Shown: positions 40,980 to 55,900 of the stretch, piece by piece
Numbering within the stretch: position 1 is the first letter of the stretch
Layout: each line of letters opens with the position of its first letter
Assembly: GCA_001643675.2 (NCBI GenBank)
Contig: LSRY02000004.1
Span: 620,001 to 684,000, forward strand
Direction: 5' to 3'
Source: Monocercomonoides exilis PA203
Lineage: Eukaryota; Protista; Preaxostyla
Length of the DNA stretch: 64,000 nucleotides
The notes under the pieces: generated by a model
Told to the model about the DNA's origin: nothing
The model's input: the letters and a program-made list of their open reading frames with translations, nothing else
The model's database searches: none
Translations under genes and position numbers: made by a program

Positions 40980-43900
40980 TTACTGAATAAAAAGCCAGCG
41001 AGATACAAGTCGTTGGAGATCGATAGAAATATGTTGCGGAGAAGAAATACGAGGAACAACAAAAAAGTGAAGTGCAGACGAAATGCGAGGAGGCTGATTA
41101 CTTTGTGAACGAGAATGAAGTGTAATAGCAGTGCTGATGCTAGTTAACAGTGAATTTTGAAGTGGTAATAGCGAAGGCGGTAATTGATCATTTCTGATAA
41201 GCTCTGAAAAATTTGTTGTTCTACCTGTTATCCATAAGGCTAATGAAGATTGTAAAAACAATGGCCACTTTTCAATTTCAGCCCACATCGAAACAATCGC
41301 CGGATGATCGCCATCATACCCTCCAACATAACGAATGCATTTTTTGAGCTCAGTTACATGCTCGTCGGATATAGCGGACATTAATACATTTGCCTCATTT
41401 TGAGTGAACATCTCCAAATGGTTAGTCACAACAATTGATGTAAATCCTTTTGCTAATGCCCTGAGTTGGGCTTCTACAGGAACTATCAAACGTCTTTGAA
41501 GCATGAGATCCACAAATGATGCTTTGTTGGCTTCCGTAACAAACGAAGATACACCACCTTCCATTAGTTCTACTTGTGTTATCCTTCCATCTAAGTCTTC
41601 AAAAACAGAAAATGGAATTGGATTGAATTGAGAAACATCCTCGCTTATAATTGGCGCAAGCTGTGTTTCGAATAGATTTCGATTAAAAGAATGAAGATCC
41701 AATGGTGACAGCTCTTTTCCACTGATGAATTTCCACACAAAACTTGATAGAACAGGACCGCACATCACTCCATCTGCAACGCATTTCCCCAAAACACGAC
41801 CAAGAATTTCAATCTCCTTGACCGAGCCTCCAACAGCTGGATATAAAGTTCCATCATCTGCTCTATCAAACAAAGGCTTTTGAGCAGTCAATGCACATTT
41901 CCAAAATCTGCTCATAAATTCATGTGTTGTAACTTTTTGCTTCACTTTTCGTTTATCATCTGCAATAATTATCTGCCAAGGAGCAAACCATTGCGTTCTT
42001 GTCCTTCCTTTCCCAAACCACACGAGAGAATCGCGGAAAAATGACTTTGTGTGAATTACAACTGAGTTTTCTTCTCTATGCGGAGAGTCAGGTGAAGGTG
42101 AGCTCCCTCCAGATGTTAAGCCGAGCTTTTTCTCTTTGGTGTGTGTAAGTTTTGGATAGGCTACTGGCATTGGTGCGTTGGAATTACAGAAAGGAATGTT
42201 ATAATTAAAAGGATTCGGAGGTGAGCACAATGCTCCAGATTGAACTTGCGAAGCTAATCCCTGAGAATTCGTTTGATTTGAAGAGGATGAAGAATTTCGC
42301 GATCGAATAAGTCTTGCTTTGAAGAACGGACCAAAAAGAGTTGGATGTTGACGAAACAGTATTTGCAAAATGCAAGGCAATGGAATTGAAAGAGGATCAT
42401 CATGATCTGTTGCATTTAAAATATCAGCCATATGCTCTTCAGAATCTGCAGGTCCGTTTAATAAATCAAGCATTTTTTTTGCCCATTCAAAGGGAGGGTT
42501 TGATAGAATGTGGTGAGCCAAAAGCACAACAGATGGAACTAATGGAGATTCGTCATTTCGTTGAACAATTGCCACAAACAACCCTTCGACTGCTTTCATT
42601 CTTGCATCGCTAAGAACAAGAGATGCTGAGTGATATTTCTCTTTCATCCCTTTCTCTCCTTCTCCTCCATGCGTATGCCATGAACTGCGGGGCATAATGC
42701 CAGAAGGAACAGTTGATGATGGAACAGGATCAGTAGGCGCTGCACACGAGGGCGAATAACTGAAAGAAAACGAATTTTGATGTGGTGAGCCTGTTCCGCT
42801 TCTGGTTATAATGCAATTTCCACTACTACCGTTTTCTCCGATCTCCCCAGAAGAAGGTGGCGTCATACTTGACAAAATAAACAAGGATAGCATGTGATGA
42901 ACAAATGAGATTATGAATTTTATATCTGCCACTGACAAGAATAATGCATCAATTTCTTTTGTTCCACTTCCACTTATCAGAATATGATTAGTGCTTTCAT
43001 TTGCCACAGTAAGCGTTCTGGATATTGTTTGATAAGATTCCCTAAATCTTCTTGGTGAATTAACTGGCCTAAGGGCGCTTGAAGAAAGAGAAGGAACAAC
43101 AGTTGGTATGTTTCTACGAAGCAAAGAGTCTGGAATAGCTTCAAAAAGAGCGATTAGAAGACGTATGGATGAAAACGATGAATAGTGAAGCATAAGTTTT
43201 TTCCATTCAGACGTTTGTGGGATATCCATTATGTATGTAAATGGATTTGTCTCGCTGAATAGGAAAAACAATAGCGATGCTGTTGCGTCAACGCCTTCAT
43301 CTCCTTCTGACCGTTGAGTCCCGCTGGACATTTGAACGGACTGCGAAGCTGTTGAAGGAAAAGCGTAAAAAGATGAAAATGGCGGGAAATGTGGAGAGCT
43401 TAGTGGCGATTGCGCAAAAAATGGAGGAAGATTGCCAAATGATTGCATCGGATGCATTGTACTCAGCTGAGAAGTCATTGCTCCTTGAGATCGAAGTTTC
43501 TTTAATATTCCAAGTGCTGTAGGAGTTGCAGGAGCAGAAGTAAAACCAAGTTCTTGCCTCTCATGAATAATAAGTGGAGATGGCTTTCGAGGAGGATGCA
43601 TTCTATCAATTGGCGCCGTTAATTCATTTGATTGCACTTGAGCTGGGAAAGTAGGAGAAGCTTCTTGCTTTTGTGATGACGGCTCTTTATCCTGAGTTTG
43701 TGCTTGTTGCTCCTTTGGTTGGTCATCAACCTGTTTAAGATGAGAATTGCTATGTGCCAATCCGGATGAAGAAGATGCAGCTACTCCAGCGGCTCCATTA
43801 AACGTCGGCTGATTTTGACCGGGTGTGCCTTCTTTCTGAATGTTGCTTTCATCAACTGCTCTTAATGTTGAATGGGGAGAAAGAGTAATTGGTGTTGCTT

Positions 43901-46900
43901 GCTTTGTGTTCATTCCTGATGCATCTTGCCGAAGCTCTTGCTCTTTGTCTCGAGCTTTGTTGAGCATCTCCTCTGCTGCACACACAAAATGTTTGATAGT
44001 AGGCAATAAAGCTGAACGAAAACAGAATGCACTGCTCCAAAAAATGCATTGAACAATAATAGGCAACTGAAGAGCAAATGGACGCTCATATTCGTTTTCA
44101 AATAAATAATTGTTAGAAGAATGAACGTAATTAGCATTCTGTTGAATAGAATGGAACTGTGCAGATGAAGCACTTTTCTCAGAAAGTGTAACTGTTGAAG
44201 GAGCAGGTGCAGGATCTTGAAACAAGCTTTCTGAACTGTCAAATGAAGTAATTGATTTATGTGTGCAAATTTCCCTCTTTATTTTGCTGTGGTTTCCGCA
44301 TAAAACGCACCTCACATCAATTAATGGAGCAAAATGTGCATTGAAAATTCCATCCCACGTAGCTCTTTCGATAAGTTCAATGTGAGTCCGCTTTGTGGGA
44401 ACGCAGTGAATAGCAGTCATCGCTTCTTGCCTCATTTGCTCACTTTCGCTAATAAATACATTTGAGTGGACAGCCCAGGCGGAAACAGCCCTCATCAAAT
44501 GAAACAAGTCGCATCTATGCAGGAACAACATTTTTTCAGTATCAATTGGAAAAGCATATTTTGGATGTTTAATTTGCAGATCACTTTCTTCTCTTCCGAC
44601 GCTGTTCATGAACGTATCGAGCTTCAAAACGCAGATATCTTCAATGTCACTGACATATTCATTTTTAGTTCGATAATGATTTTTGCTCGAATTTTTCTTT
44701 GACTTTCTGCTTCTTCCTTCATTTTCGCTTTTTCTACTTTCTTTTGAAGAATCTGTGGATGAATCTTGAGTAGATATCGTTTGAAGAGCTGGAAATACTG
44801 TTGCAGAACCCATTTGCGTTGAGCGATGCATACAACTCCCCTGCCATTCATTTGACGAATGCCAGACTAGGCTTTGATTCTCTTGAAACTTTCCTTGATT
44901 CATTTGTCCATTTTGTGACCCATTATTCATTTGAGAAGAATCGGATAAAGCTGGAAGTGCATAAAACGGTAGGAAATGGAGCTGATCTGAAGTTATTCCT
45001 TGTTCCTCAAGTAAAATTTTTGAAAGCAGACTTGGTGAAGGATATCTGCCGTGATTGCAAGCCACAACAGATTTCCCTTCATCCGTGCACATTGGGCTAC
45101 CAAGAGATCCATTATTAATGCGAAGTTCTCCTCCACTTGATTGAGCACTATCCGCTCCGTAGGAGTCCGAACGAGCTCCTTTCTGGGGAAATGACTGTTG
45201 TTGCGAAAGAGTTTTTCTGGTATGATTTGAAGTTGTAACAATAGTTGGAGGAGCGAAGAGGGTCCCAGGCAGGTTTGGTAAAATCTGCTTTGGAAATGGA
45301 AGACTGGGCGGTAAAGCTGTGAAAGGAAGTGAAAGACGTCCAAATGGTGAGCAACCACTGATGCGTTTTCCGCTTGAAATTCTCTTTACCACAATAACCG
45401 CTGATTCTTGAATAACGTCCATTAGAAGCTCAACATATGGAGGGATTGTGCAACCTTCCATCCATTCTTCATAGTCCACACTCTGAGTCTCCTGACCTTG
45501 AGGAATCTGCAAATGCCCGTTTGTTCGCTGCTGCGATTCTGAAGTGAATTGCTCAGTGATCATTGTCTCATAGTGCTCCCCTTCTTCGTGATCTTGAGCA
45601 CCAATATCAACTTTTCCCCAGAAATCACTTCCTGTTCTTCCTTCACTTTTTCCGCTCTTTGAAGAAATTGCTCCTATTGAAAGTGATAATTCTCCTTCTT
45701 GTGATGCGCTTTCCTTCTTCAATCCACCCAAGCTTGGAATTATTAATAGAGGAACGGACGAATTATTTAAATCATCTGCATCTTTTTCTTTTTCTGAACC
45801 AGAAGAGTCTAATTTGCTTGCATTCGTCATTCCTTCTTTTTCTTCCGAATTTTTCACCTTGTCAATAATTGGCAATGAAGGAAGAGGCTGTGCTTTGCTT
45901 CCTTCAACTTTTTGTGTTTGAAGAAGTTCGTCTTCTCCTCCTTTTGGAACAGCAAACTCATGCTCCTTCACTTCTTTCTCAAGTTCCATTTTCTCTCCAT
46001 CGTTTTTACCAATTCCTTGCTGAGTTTCAAGCTGTTGCCTTTTTCTTGCATCCTCCATTTCTTGCATTTCTTGATCATCAAGAGCCTGAGTCGCATGCGT
46101 TCTTGCAGTATTTGCTCGAGTAGTATAACCTCCATATTCATCGAACATTGCATTATCATATCCTTTCAGCATTGCTTGAGACATTGTTTGCGTCATTGTC
46201 TGTGTCATGTTGTCTCGTGGAAAAGATGTCGCCATTTGTGCTGGACTTAGAGGAGGTTGGGAAGAATCAACTAATTCCTTCCTTTCCTCCGTCTTTCGTT
46301 GCCCAGGATAAAAAGGAAGAACATCCAGTGCTTGTTGAATAGCTCTTTCACATCGGCTTAATATTACCATAGCCCAAAGCGGATCTTCAGCCATGATACT
46401 CTCGAATAAAGTTGATCGAGATGCTGAGCACACAGTTTGCTGAAATTGAATAAACGGAAGGTTATTAACTTCGGGAACAAACGTTGGCGTCTCAGTTGTG
46501 CCTCGTGATGCTGTTGACCGTTCAGTTGGAAGTGAGGAAACTGTATTCGTCTTTTGAGGTTGTCCACTTGTTGAAATTGTGCTTCTGGAGCCGAATTGCA
46601 TCGGTGAATTTGATATCATTCCAAAATCGTTCTGAATTTTTGAATCTGGAGAATATATGCTTGAGGGAAAAGGAGAGCCAATTGTTCGGCTATGTGGACT
46701 TTTTGAATCTCGTTCTTGTTTAACTTTAGAATCTCTGTTTCTTCTTGAATCATTTGCCAATCCAATAGCTCCGGCTTCAATTCCATTAAATTCAGAAGGA
46801 AATGGAAGTTGCCCTCTGCCAAACTGATGCTGCCCCATTCCAAAAGAAGGAGACATAGAGCCAGGAATCTGAATCGATTTTATTCCTCTTCCTTTTGAAT

Positions 46901-49900
46901 GCATAGATAGAGAATTATGTTGTTCCTGATAGAATTGAGGGGAATTAGAATTTGACTCGGGAGTTCCAGATTCTGATATTGGTGATGTTTCTGCAATATG
47001 AGACGAGATAAGAGGTGATGGTCCAATCATCATAATTCCTCTGCGATTAGTTCCTTGATTATGATTTGCAATGGGCGTACTGAGAGCTTCTTTTCCTTCG
47101 GTTACATTTCCTCTGATTCTGCTACCAGTCCAATCTTCATTTCCGCCTCTGTCTTCTCCGTGCAAGAAATGTGGGTTCTGTTGTCCCATCTTCCCTGGCG
47201 AAAGAGGAAGTAAAGATCCTCCTTGAATCGTTTTTGTAAGTATTTCTCTCATCTCTTCGGTGGAAGGTGCTCCAAAAGGCTTCGCAGGAGTACTTGCAAG
47301 CATAGACAAAAATGCAGCTGTTTCATCATCTGGCTCAGTTGGCGTGACTTGTGCTTCTTCTTCGCTTCTTGCCATAAAATCGTCATGATTCCCGTTCTCG
47401 CCCATTCCATGTGTTGGGGAAAGAGGTAAGTGATTCTGTTGCTGACTATGTTGCTTTTGCATCGGGTTGTGTGGTTTTGCAGGTGCCTTCTTTTCCTCTG
47501 TATGCAACGAAGTTATTTGAGGCGGTGGTGAATCTTGTTGTCTCGGTGTGGAATTGAGCATTGGTGGCATTAGGAATGAATTCGAGAAGCGTCTTTCTGT
47601 TGGAAGTGTTATTGGACTCATCGGAGCGAATGAGTTTAAGAATTGAACTTGCTCTTCTGTTGCTGTAAGAGAAGGATTTTGTATTGAAAGAGGATGAGGA
47701 ACGAAATGAATCTCACTTTGAGCCATTCCAAATGGATCGAAATTATCGTTCTTTTGATTTTGAAGCGTGCCAAATACCTTTCCTTGATTATTAAAGTTTG
47801 ATTCTTCATTGCCGGAATCTTTTTGCTCATTTTTCAGTGTGCCAGTCATTGAGGATGGACTGCCTTTTGCCTGTTGAGAATTGCGTAGAGCTAAATGACT
47901 TCCCTTTTGAATGAATTGTTGACCAAAACGAGGATAGCTTGGAGATGATACAGTAATACGAGATTCCTCACTTTCCATTTGATTCTTGAATGTGGACTGA
48001 GATTCATTTGAAGCAGTTGGCTGCTTGTAGTGTTGAGCGGATTGTCGGTTGTGCTGTGTTTGCTTTTGTTGTAATTGTTGTGAAGAATAAACTTTTGATT
48101 CCATAGAAACCTGAGTTGCTTCTTCAACTTCCTGTTCGTTCTCCTCCTGCATGTCATTTGGTTGAGAAACTGTGAAAAACACATCAGCGACACCTTTGAG
48201 AATAACCCATGTAGCTCCAACAAGAAGAGATCCTGCATTAGCAGCAAGTTCTTGTTTAGAGGGGAAAAGTTCAGGTAGGCTGTGGCCAGTCTGCTGACTT
48301 CCTTTTGATGTACCCACTCCAAACTGTGGGGTTGAATCACTTGTCGATCTCTCTGATCCGCTAACCATCTGAAAAGGAATTGATCCAACCCTCCTGACTC
48401 TTCGATAAGTTGACATCCTTCGCCTTGTGCCTCCATATGTGCCTGAACTCTGTGCAGAATAATCGCCGGTCATTCCGCTTTGACTCTCTGAGCCATTTTG
48501 ATCGGAAAGAGTGCCTCGTCTGCTAAGCAACCTCTTTTTCCTTTTTTTCCTAAATGCTTCGCCATTAAGCAGAGCCAAAATATTATACTGTTCAGAAACA
48601 GCAACTTGAAAAGCTCCTTCAAGCGAACTCACGAACGATTGCATACTCACAGCTCCTTCAGAAATCCATGAACATAATCTCAGCAAGCATCTTGAATACT
48701 CAATAACTGGGGTTGCAGTAATTGCAGACAGTTTATCATCAACAAGTGGTTCTCCATCACTGTCTGAAACCATCATGCCAGATCCCGTTTCATATCTATC
48801 TCTTCGCCCTGTTGTTGATGATTGCTTTGGCGAATGGATAAACGGAGTAAATCCTCTAAATGAACGCCTCTCTTGAATGAAAGGAGAAGTTATTAATGGA
48901 GGAATTCTTGTTGCACTAGCCAGAAGCATTGGATAGAACCGAATAGATGATCGACTGGCAGAGCTTCTAAGTCCTCGTTGAATAAAAGCTGATTGCATTG
49001 TTTGTTGATTTAGCGGACCTGTTGGAACAGATTCCGTTGAGGATGCAGCAAGCGGGAATGAATGAAGCAATATAAGTTCATGAAACGTATGACTCAATTC
49101 AGATTTCACTTTAAGATGAGTCTGTAAAATTGTTAACGAATTCTTTGATGAGACCCGAGTTGACAGTGTGTGCAAAAACAGAGCATCTTCAAGAATCCCG
49201 TTGGCAGCAAAAACTGGAAACTGACGAGATGAGATTCCTCCAACAATAATTGAAAGACAATTTGCCATCCAAGAACCTGTCATTAAGAAGGAATCCCAAA
49301 TTGCGAATGATTCGACTATCTCCTTTCCTCGTTTTTGCGTGCTTGAACTGAGATAAGGATCTTGCATTCCATTTCTAAAGTTTGCTTGTTGAGAAGATGA
49401 TGTATCGGAAGTTGAGTGTATTGTGCCAGTTGTTGAAGATGAAGTAATAGATGATTTGGGTGTAAGTTTTGGAGACTGCTTTGATGGAATAATTAAGCTC
49501 AACTTATGTGGAGAGCCTTGGCCTCCCACACTTCCACTGGCGCTTCCACTCCCTCCAACAAATGCACCAACTTTCATGATGCCATCTAATCTTCCGCTAA
49601 GTTCATTACCTCCAAACGTCATCGTTTGATCATCTCCCTCACTGCGTTTCAATGCCCGTCTCTTCTTGTATTCGTCAGCCATTTCAACAAGACGTGTTAA
49701 GGAAGAAGTATCAGGTAGCAAAACTAGATGAGAATTCCACCATCGCAATGGTTTGCACATGTTTGAGCGAATAGCTTTCAAACGCTTCAAATATGGAGTT
49801 GTAACCATTTTGACATTTGTATTTGTTGTTGAAGAAGGTGTGATTCCTAAACCTCTTGGGACCGAATGCTGCACAGTTTGCTCATGCGGGTATGACTTTG

Positions 49901-52900
49901 ATGGTCTAAGCTGTTGTGCAACTTCTTGTTTACTCTGTTTTCCAGGTGCAGAGAATTTTACTCCTCCAATACTCGCTGGAAGTGATGGGGCTTTCAATAA
50001 GCGATTAATACCACTGTTGCTATTATTCACAGAGTCTGAGCCTTGAGTTGCTTGATTATCTCTTCTGGCATTATTCTTTCCAGAATACAACCGTCGAATC
50101 AATTCTCCAGCACTCACAATTTTCTGCTTCCGCCTTCTTCGTCTTTTTTTCCTTTTCTTTCGATCCTCTTCGCCTGATTTTTTGTCATCTTCTTCTTTTC
50201 CTTCCACCAGAGTGTTTCCAGAAAATTGTTTGAAAATTTCATCCTCAACCATCTCGTTTCCAACAACAAAATCAAAGAAGTGAGAAAGTCTTCCGTGCTT
50301 TTGCTTTCTTCTTCCAACCTCGCTTTCAACAGCTAAGTTATCTCCTTTGAATGGTTCTCCATCAAAACTATCTCTTGGATCAGGTATTGTCATAAATGAT
50401 GCTTGTGCAGACAGTTGTTCTTTGCACCACACGCTCAGCCCATGAAAAAGTGAACACAAAGAAAATATCAATATCTGTTTCGTTTCGTTTGACACTGTTG
50501 GAAGAGCAAAGAATAAAGCAGATGGTGTCCAAAGGGTACTAGTATCATCAGATAGTTCTGATTGGAGCCACACAGAAAAATCAGATGGGGGAAGCAATGC
50601 AGCACCTGCCCCAGCTGCGGTTACTGCAGTGGAAAAAGTGCGCGACGACACAGGTGCATTTCCTAAAGAGGCATAAGTGTAATGAGATTCAGCTGTATAT
50701 GAAATTGATAATTGGGGAACAAGCGAAGAAGAGCGACTCCAAAGCCTTTCCTTTTCAGATCCTTCCTCAATTTCTTCCAATGTTGGAGGCATTTCACTCA
50801 CAAATCCATTATCTGTACCCATTTCATTAATACCGCCTGCCACATTTCCGTTGATTCCATCTGTTCTATCATTTATTCCACCTTTTCCAACTCTAACAGG
50901 AACTGAAAATGAATTAACTGGCCGACTTTCGTCTAATCCAATTCCCATTCGTGCAATATTCTGTTTTGCATTGTAAAACTGATTTGAAGGATGATCAAGA
51001 TCCAAAGAGCCATCTGAATTCAATGAATTTTCAGCTGATCCATTCGACGATCCAATAGATGAATAAGACCCGCTTTTTGACAATGATTTCTGCAATGCTG
51101 AACCAGAGCCAGATTGTCCCAGCTGAAGAAATCTCTGACTTGATTTTGAACCACCAAGATAGTTCACTGGTGTAAATGAAACTGAAGGTGATGAAATTTG
51201 TACAGGACGCTTTTGTGGAGTCATATTCTTTGGAGGTGATCCGGTTAAAGCACACAAAAATTGCATTGAGGTCGTTAAAAAGCAATTTAATTGGATGACA
51301 TGCAATGGGACATTTGCAATCCTTTTCGATGGAACGTGCTCCATCAATTTTGTTGTGTTAGCCAATGAAATTGTCAGCAATTGAATGGCTGTTGAGATAA
51401 ATCTGATGTGTCTTAAGTTTGCAGGAGTGAAAAGTGAATCAGACATTGTTTGAAGTCCGTTGGGATCATTTTGCTGTTCAGATTGCTTTTCGCTCTGAGA
51501 CGAAGTTCTCATGAATGAGGACCTAACCAGTGGTGACTGAGGTGTCCTTAAAACATTGTCACGATACTCGTTGCTATTTTTCTTTTGTTGAGGGGGAGAA
51601 ACAAAATGTGATGGAACAGATCTAACCATTGGAGGCCTTGAAGACGCTGACTGGAATTGCTTGAATCCGTCTTTGTCCGATTCATTTTCTGCAACTTTTA
51701 CTGTATCTTCACCTCTGTCATTCTGCATTATGTATGATAACGATGCAGCAGAAAATACCTTGAAGAATTCGTTGCTATCAACACACTTCATCAACTGCGA
51801 TGAGTAAAACAGCGAAAAACGAGAAAGAACCTGCATCATCATTGTTGAAAGTGAGAACATCTCTTCACCAAAATCAAATTTCATCTTTTCCATCCGCTTC
51901 AGCTTCTTCAAACGTTTTTTCCATCCTCGCCCTCCTCTTTGCGAAACAATTCCACTGTGCATAGAACCTAAAAGAAGTGAATTGCTCGTTTTAGCTGAAC
52001 CAAACCTTCCAGATCCAGAGCCATTCCTTTGGAACTCTGCTCCAAGCATTCCTCCAAATCCTTCAGAACTCGCACTTGAAGCATTATGGAGATGATGATG
52101 TGGATGAAACTGTTGATTTGATGGGGATTGGAGTATTGAAGATGAAGAAGGAGAAGGAGAAGGAGAAGAAGAAGAAGCTGGAGAAGGCAATGGTGAATGT
52201 GAGTTATTAGGTGGAGAAGTGCAACTTGAAGTTCTGAGATTACCAGTTTTAATATCCGGAGTGCTATCGTTTCCTGTGTCAATCAGCTTGTTAGCTTGGG
52301 GAGTTTCTGTATTACTAGTAACTCCTCTCACTGAAGACGGTGAGGAGGATAGCATGCCACGAACGGCAACATCTGAAGGAAATCCTGAAGATGACTTTGA
52401 GGATGAATGTCTCATAATCATTTGAGATTCGTGCAGGGATAGCATTGAATGGCGTTGCGTAGTATGCGAGCCCTCGCAGCTCGACGAGTCAGTTGAGTCA
52501 CTTTCGCTTTCAGTTGATGAACCATCAGATGATGCATCTGATCCAGTTGGAGGTGATTGCGTGTATGTGCCACGTATCCCACTGCTTGATAAGGAATGTG
52601 ATGTTTTCATTCGGCTGCTCGATTTCCAACGGAGATGTTGTTTTCCTTCATTGCCAAGAGCTCTTTCTTCATAATCCTCTGCTTTCAATTCGTCTTCCAT
52701 TTCGCACATAATTTCAAACTCTGTTTCTGCTGCTTCTTTGTCATGCTTTAATTCTCCAAGCCATTCTGCATTTTCTTCTTTTCCATGCTTTCGCTTTCTT
52801 TTTCTATAACGACTCCTTCTCTCGCTATCGCTATATTCACCCTTTTCATTTTTACGTCTCGTTGTTCCACTTCCAAATTGATCAAGTTTGTTCTGTTCAT

Positions 52901-55900
52901 TTCTTTCAGTGTCTTCATCATTAAAATGGCTTCTTTTACTTCTTTTTAACTCTCTTTCTTCTTCTGAACTCTCATCAAGCAGTTCGAGTTGGTGTGACAA
53001 ATCCATCAGTTTTGTTGCTCTATTAACGACTTGCACAACAATCGAAGGAGTCCAACCATTTGCAACCATTCTTTGTGTTAGCCGAGAATTCAACGCAATC
53101 AGTCTGGAAAACACAGAAAGCAAAAATAGTGAAAACGAATTTCGCGTCTGTTTCTTTCCATCTCCATTGCCGTTGTTCAATGTCTCAGCCGGAATCACCA
53201 GACGGGCTCCTCCCAATGAAACAGAAACCTCTTTTCCAGAAAGTGCAGCTGCTGAGACTGGAGCTTTCAAACGAGACGTTTGCAGCAGAAGTGGGAAGAG
53301 CCTTCCCCCATTCGAAAGAATAGCGCTGACAGATTCAGTGCCGATAATCTGGAACACTTTATAGGTGAAGCTTGCCAATGTTCTCGGAAGATGAGCACCT
53401 GTGGAGTTTGCAACAAGGCAAGTACTGTTACATCTTTTCTTGTCCAGCAATGACACCAGACTAAGAAGTCTCATAATTGTTTCTTGAGAAGTCGGACTTT
53501 GCGTTATGTACTTTGCAGCACCATATTCGAACAAGTCTCCATCTCCTCGTTTCTCTTCATCATCAAATCCATCCCTGTTTTCTTTATCGCTCATATTCTC
53601 CTCATTTGACATTGTGTGCCGAACCTCTGCAGTTGACTCGGAGGGAGATGCCATTGGTAGAACAGGGTGCATTTGCCTGTATTTGGTTTCTTTCTCTTTG
53701 AATGGAATGCAACATGATCCTAAAATGCACCCATTAAAAACAACTTGCCATATGTCTCTGCGTACACTCTTCAAAGTTGAGAGGTTGAGTTCATCAAATG
53801 AACTATCAAGATAGTCAACACATAAATCATTCAATTTTTTTTCGCTTTTTTGTTTTGAGTTTGATTTATCTCTTGAATCTCCTTTTTCTTTTGTTTTGCC
53901 TTTTCCGTTGTCCATTGAAATCATTGACAGCTTCCTACCATCGCTCATGAGCAGTTCACTTCCTGGAACAAATTCCTTTGATTGCTTATTCCATTTACCA
54001 GGATCATTTTGATCTTCACTATCTTTTTCGACACCTTTTTCATCTGCATCCACATCTCCATTTTCATTTTCACCATTGTTTACTGCAGTTCTGTTGGCTT
54101 CTTCGGAACTTTTGCCTTCACCATAGGCTTCGTCAAAATCTCCCATGTTATCTGCTTTGATAGATGTTATTGAATTTCTGCCTCTCACTCCTGCTGACTT
54201 TGGCAATTCTCCAGAATTCATACTGTTTAATTCATCATTTAGCTGTTCTGGATCCATTAGTCCTCTCTCGTTTAACAGATCTCCAAACGCCTCTTCTCCA
54301 GAAATTTGAGTTCCTTCGCTTTCAGAGATATCTGATTCAGTTATTCCTCCTTCTCCGAACACATCGATAGTCTTTCCATCAGCTCCAATTGTCAGAACAT
54401 AATTTTGCATATCCCCCAGCATTCCAACTCCTCCAATACTTACGCTTCCATCTTCTGCATCTCCTTCGTAATTCTTGCTTCTGGTACGACGAACGCGCTC
54501 CATTGCATGCATAAGCTTCTCTTCTCTCTTCTTTTTCTTCCTTCTCTCATTTGCTTTTCTCTCTTCTTCTCTTAATACAGATTCGCAGTCGTCCAAATGA
54601 TTCAGATAAAGTGCACACTGAGATAGCGCATTGAGAGCAAAATGCCACTGATCATTGAAACCCACCACTTTTGATCCATGAGAAAGAATCCATTCAACCC
54701 ACACAGAAGTCATCCCCATCAGCAAACGCCAAAGGCGAAGAATACGTCCAATTTGGTCCGAATGGAGCTCGCTTATTGCACTCAGGATATTGAAAGAGCA
54801 CAGCATCAGAATAGATGGAATATCGTCAACTGCGTTTCCTTCCCCATCTTCTCCATTGTCTTCTCCAAAGGGGCTATCACTATCGGCATCTTTTCTCGTT
54901 CGTGTTGAGAGAACAACACATACTATCTTCTCCATCAATTTGCAGCTAAGACTCAATTCAACTATGCTTCCACTTCTAACTATACTCCTGCCTTCAAACT
55001 CTTTTTTCCTTAGCCTTTCAGCAAATTCGTCGAACCCATCTTCCATCGAGCCGCAACTGAATTCTCCAATGGTACCTCTTTCTTCGACAAGTTCTTCTTC
55101 AGTAGGCTCTCGATCAAGATTGATAATTCCTCTGTTCTCCTCTTCATTAAACTCTTCTTCATAATCTTCAACTCCACCTGCCATATTCCATAATTCTATG
55201 TCTCCTCGTTCTGAACTTTCAGTTACAAGTTTTCTGTGTTTTCCTCTCGTCTCTTCATTATCATTTTCTTCTTGAACAATTGCCCCGTTTGTCTTTGCCT
55301 CAGCCTCTTTTTCAAAAAGCTGATTTTTAATAACTCCTTTTTCTTTTTCTTCAGTCTTTTCCTTTAATTCTTGTCTTTCGCGTCCAAGACTCACAATCTT
55401 TTCATTTCTTCTTTTTCTGCTTTCAATAATACTTTCACGAGCTGCTCGACGGATTATCTCTTGTGAAGCTACAACATTTTCTTTCCCTTCCATTTGTGAA
55501 AAGCTGTTTCCTTCAACAAACGTAATCATTGGTAGATATCTTACCATTCGTTCTATCAGATCTTTGCATTCATTGTGCAATTGAATATGATGAAACATCT
55601 TGTTGTCGCAATTCTCTTTCTTCTCCTTCTTCATCCTCCTCCTTCTAATGCTGCTTCCAGATTCGTTCTCAAACTTCTTCAACTTTTCAAGCCATCCTCC
55701 CAACGTGCTGCTCCAATCACTCATGCAAACTCTGAAGAATCCATCCAAAGCTGTCAGTACAACTTCCATCCCATTGCAAATGCTTCCAAACACAGTTGGA
55801 AACCAGAAAAAGCCTTTCATTTCCTCCAGTCTCTTAACATCACGTGCTCGCGGATGATTTGGTTGTGTGTGTTTCAATGATGCCACTTGGAATGGAACAA

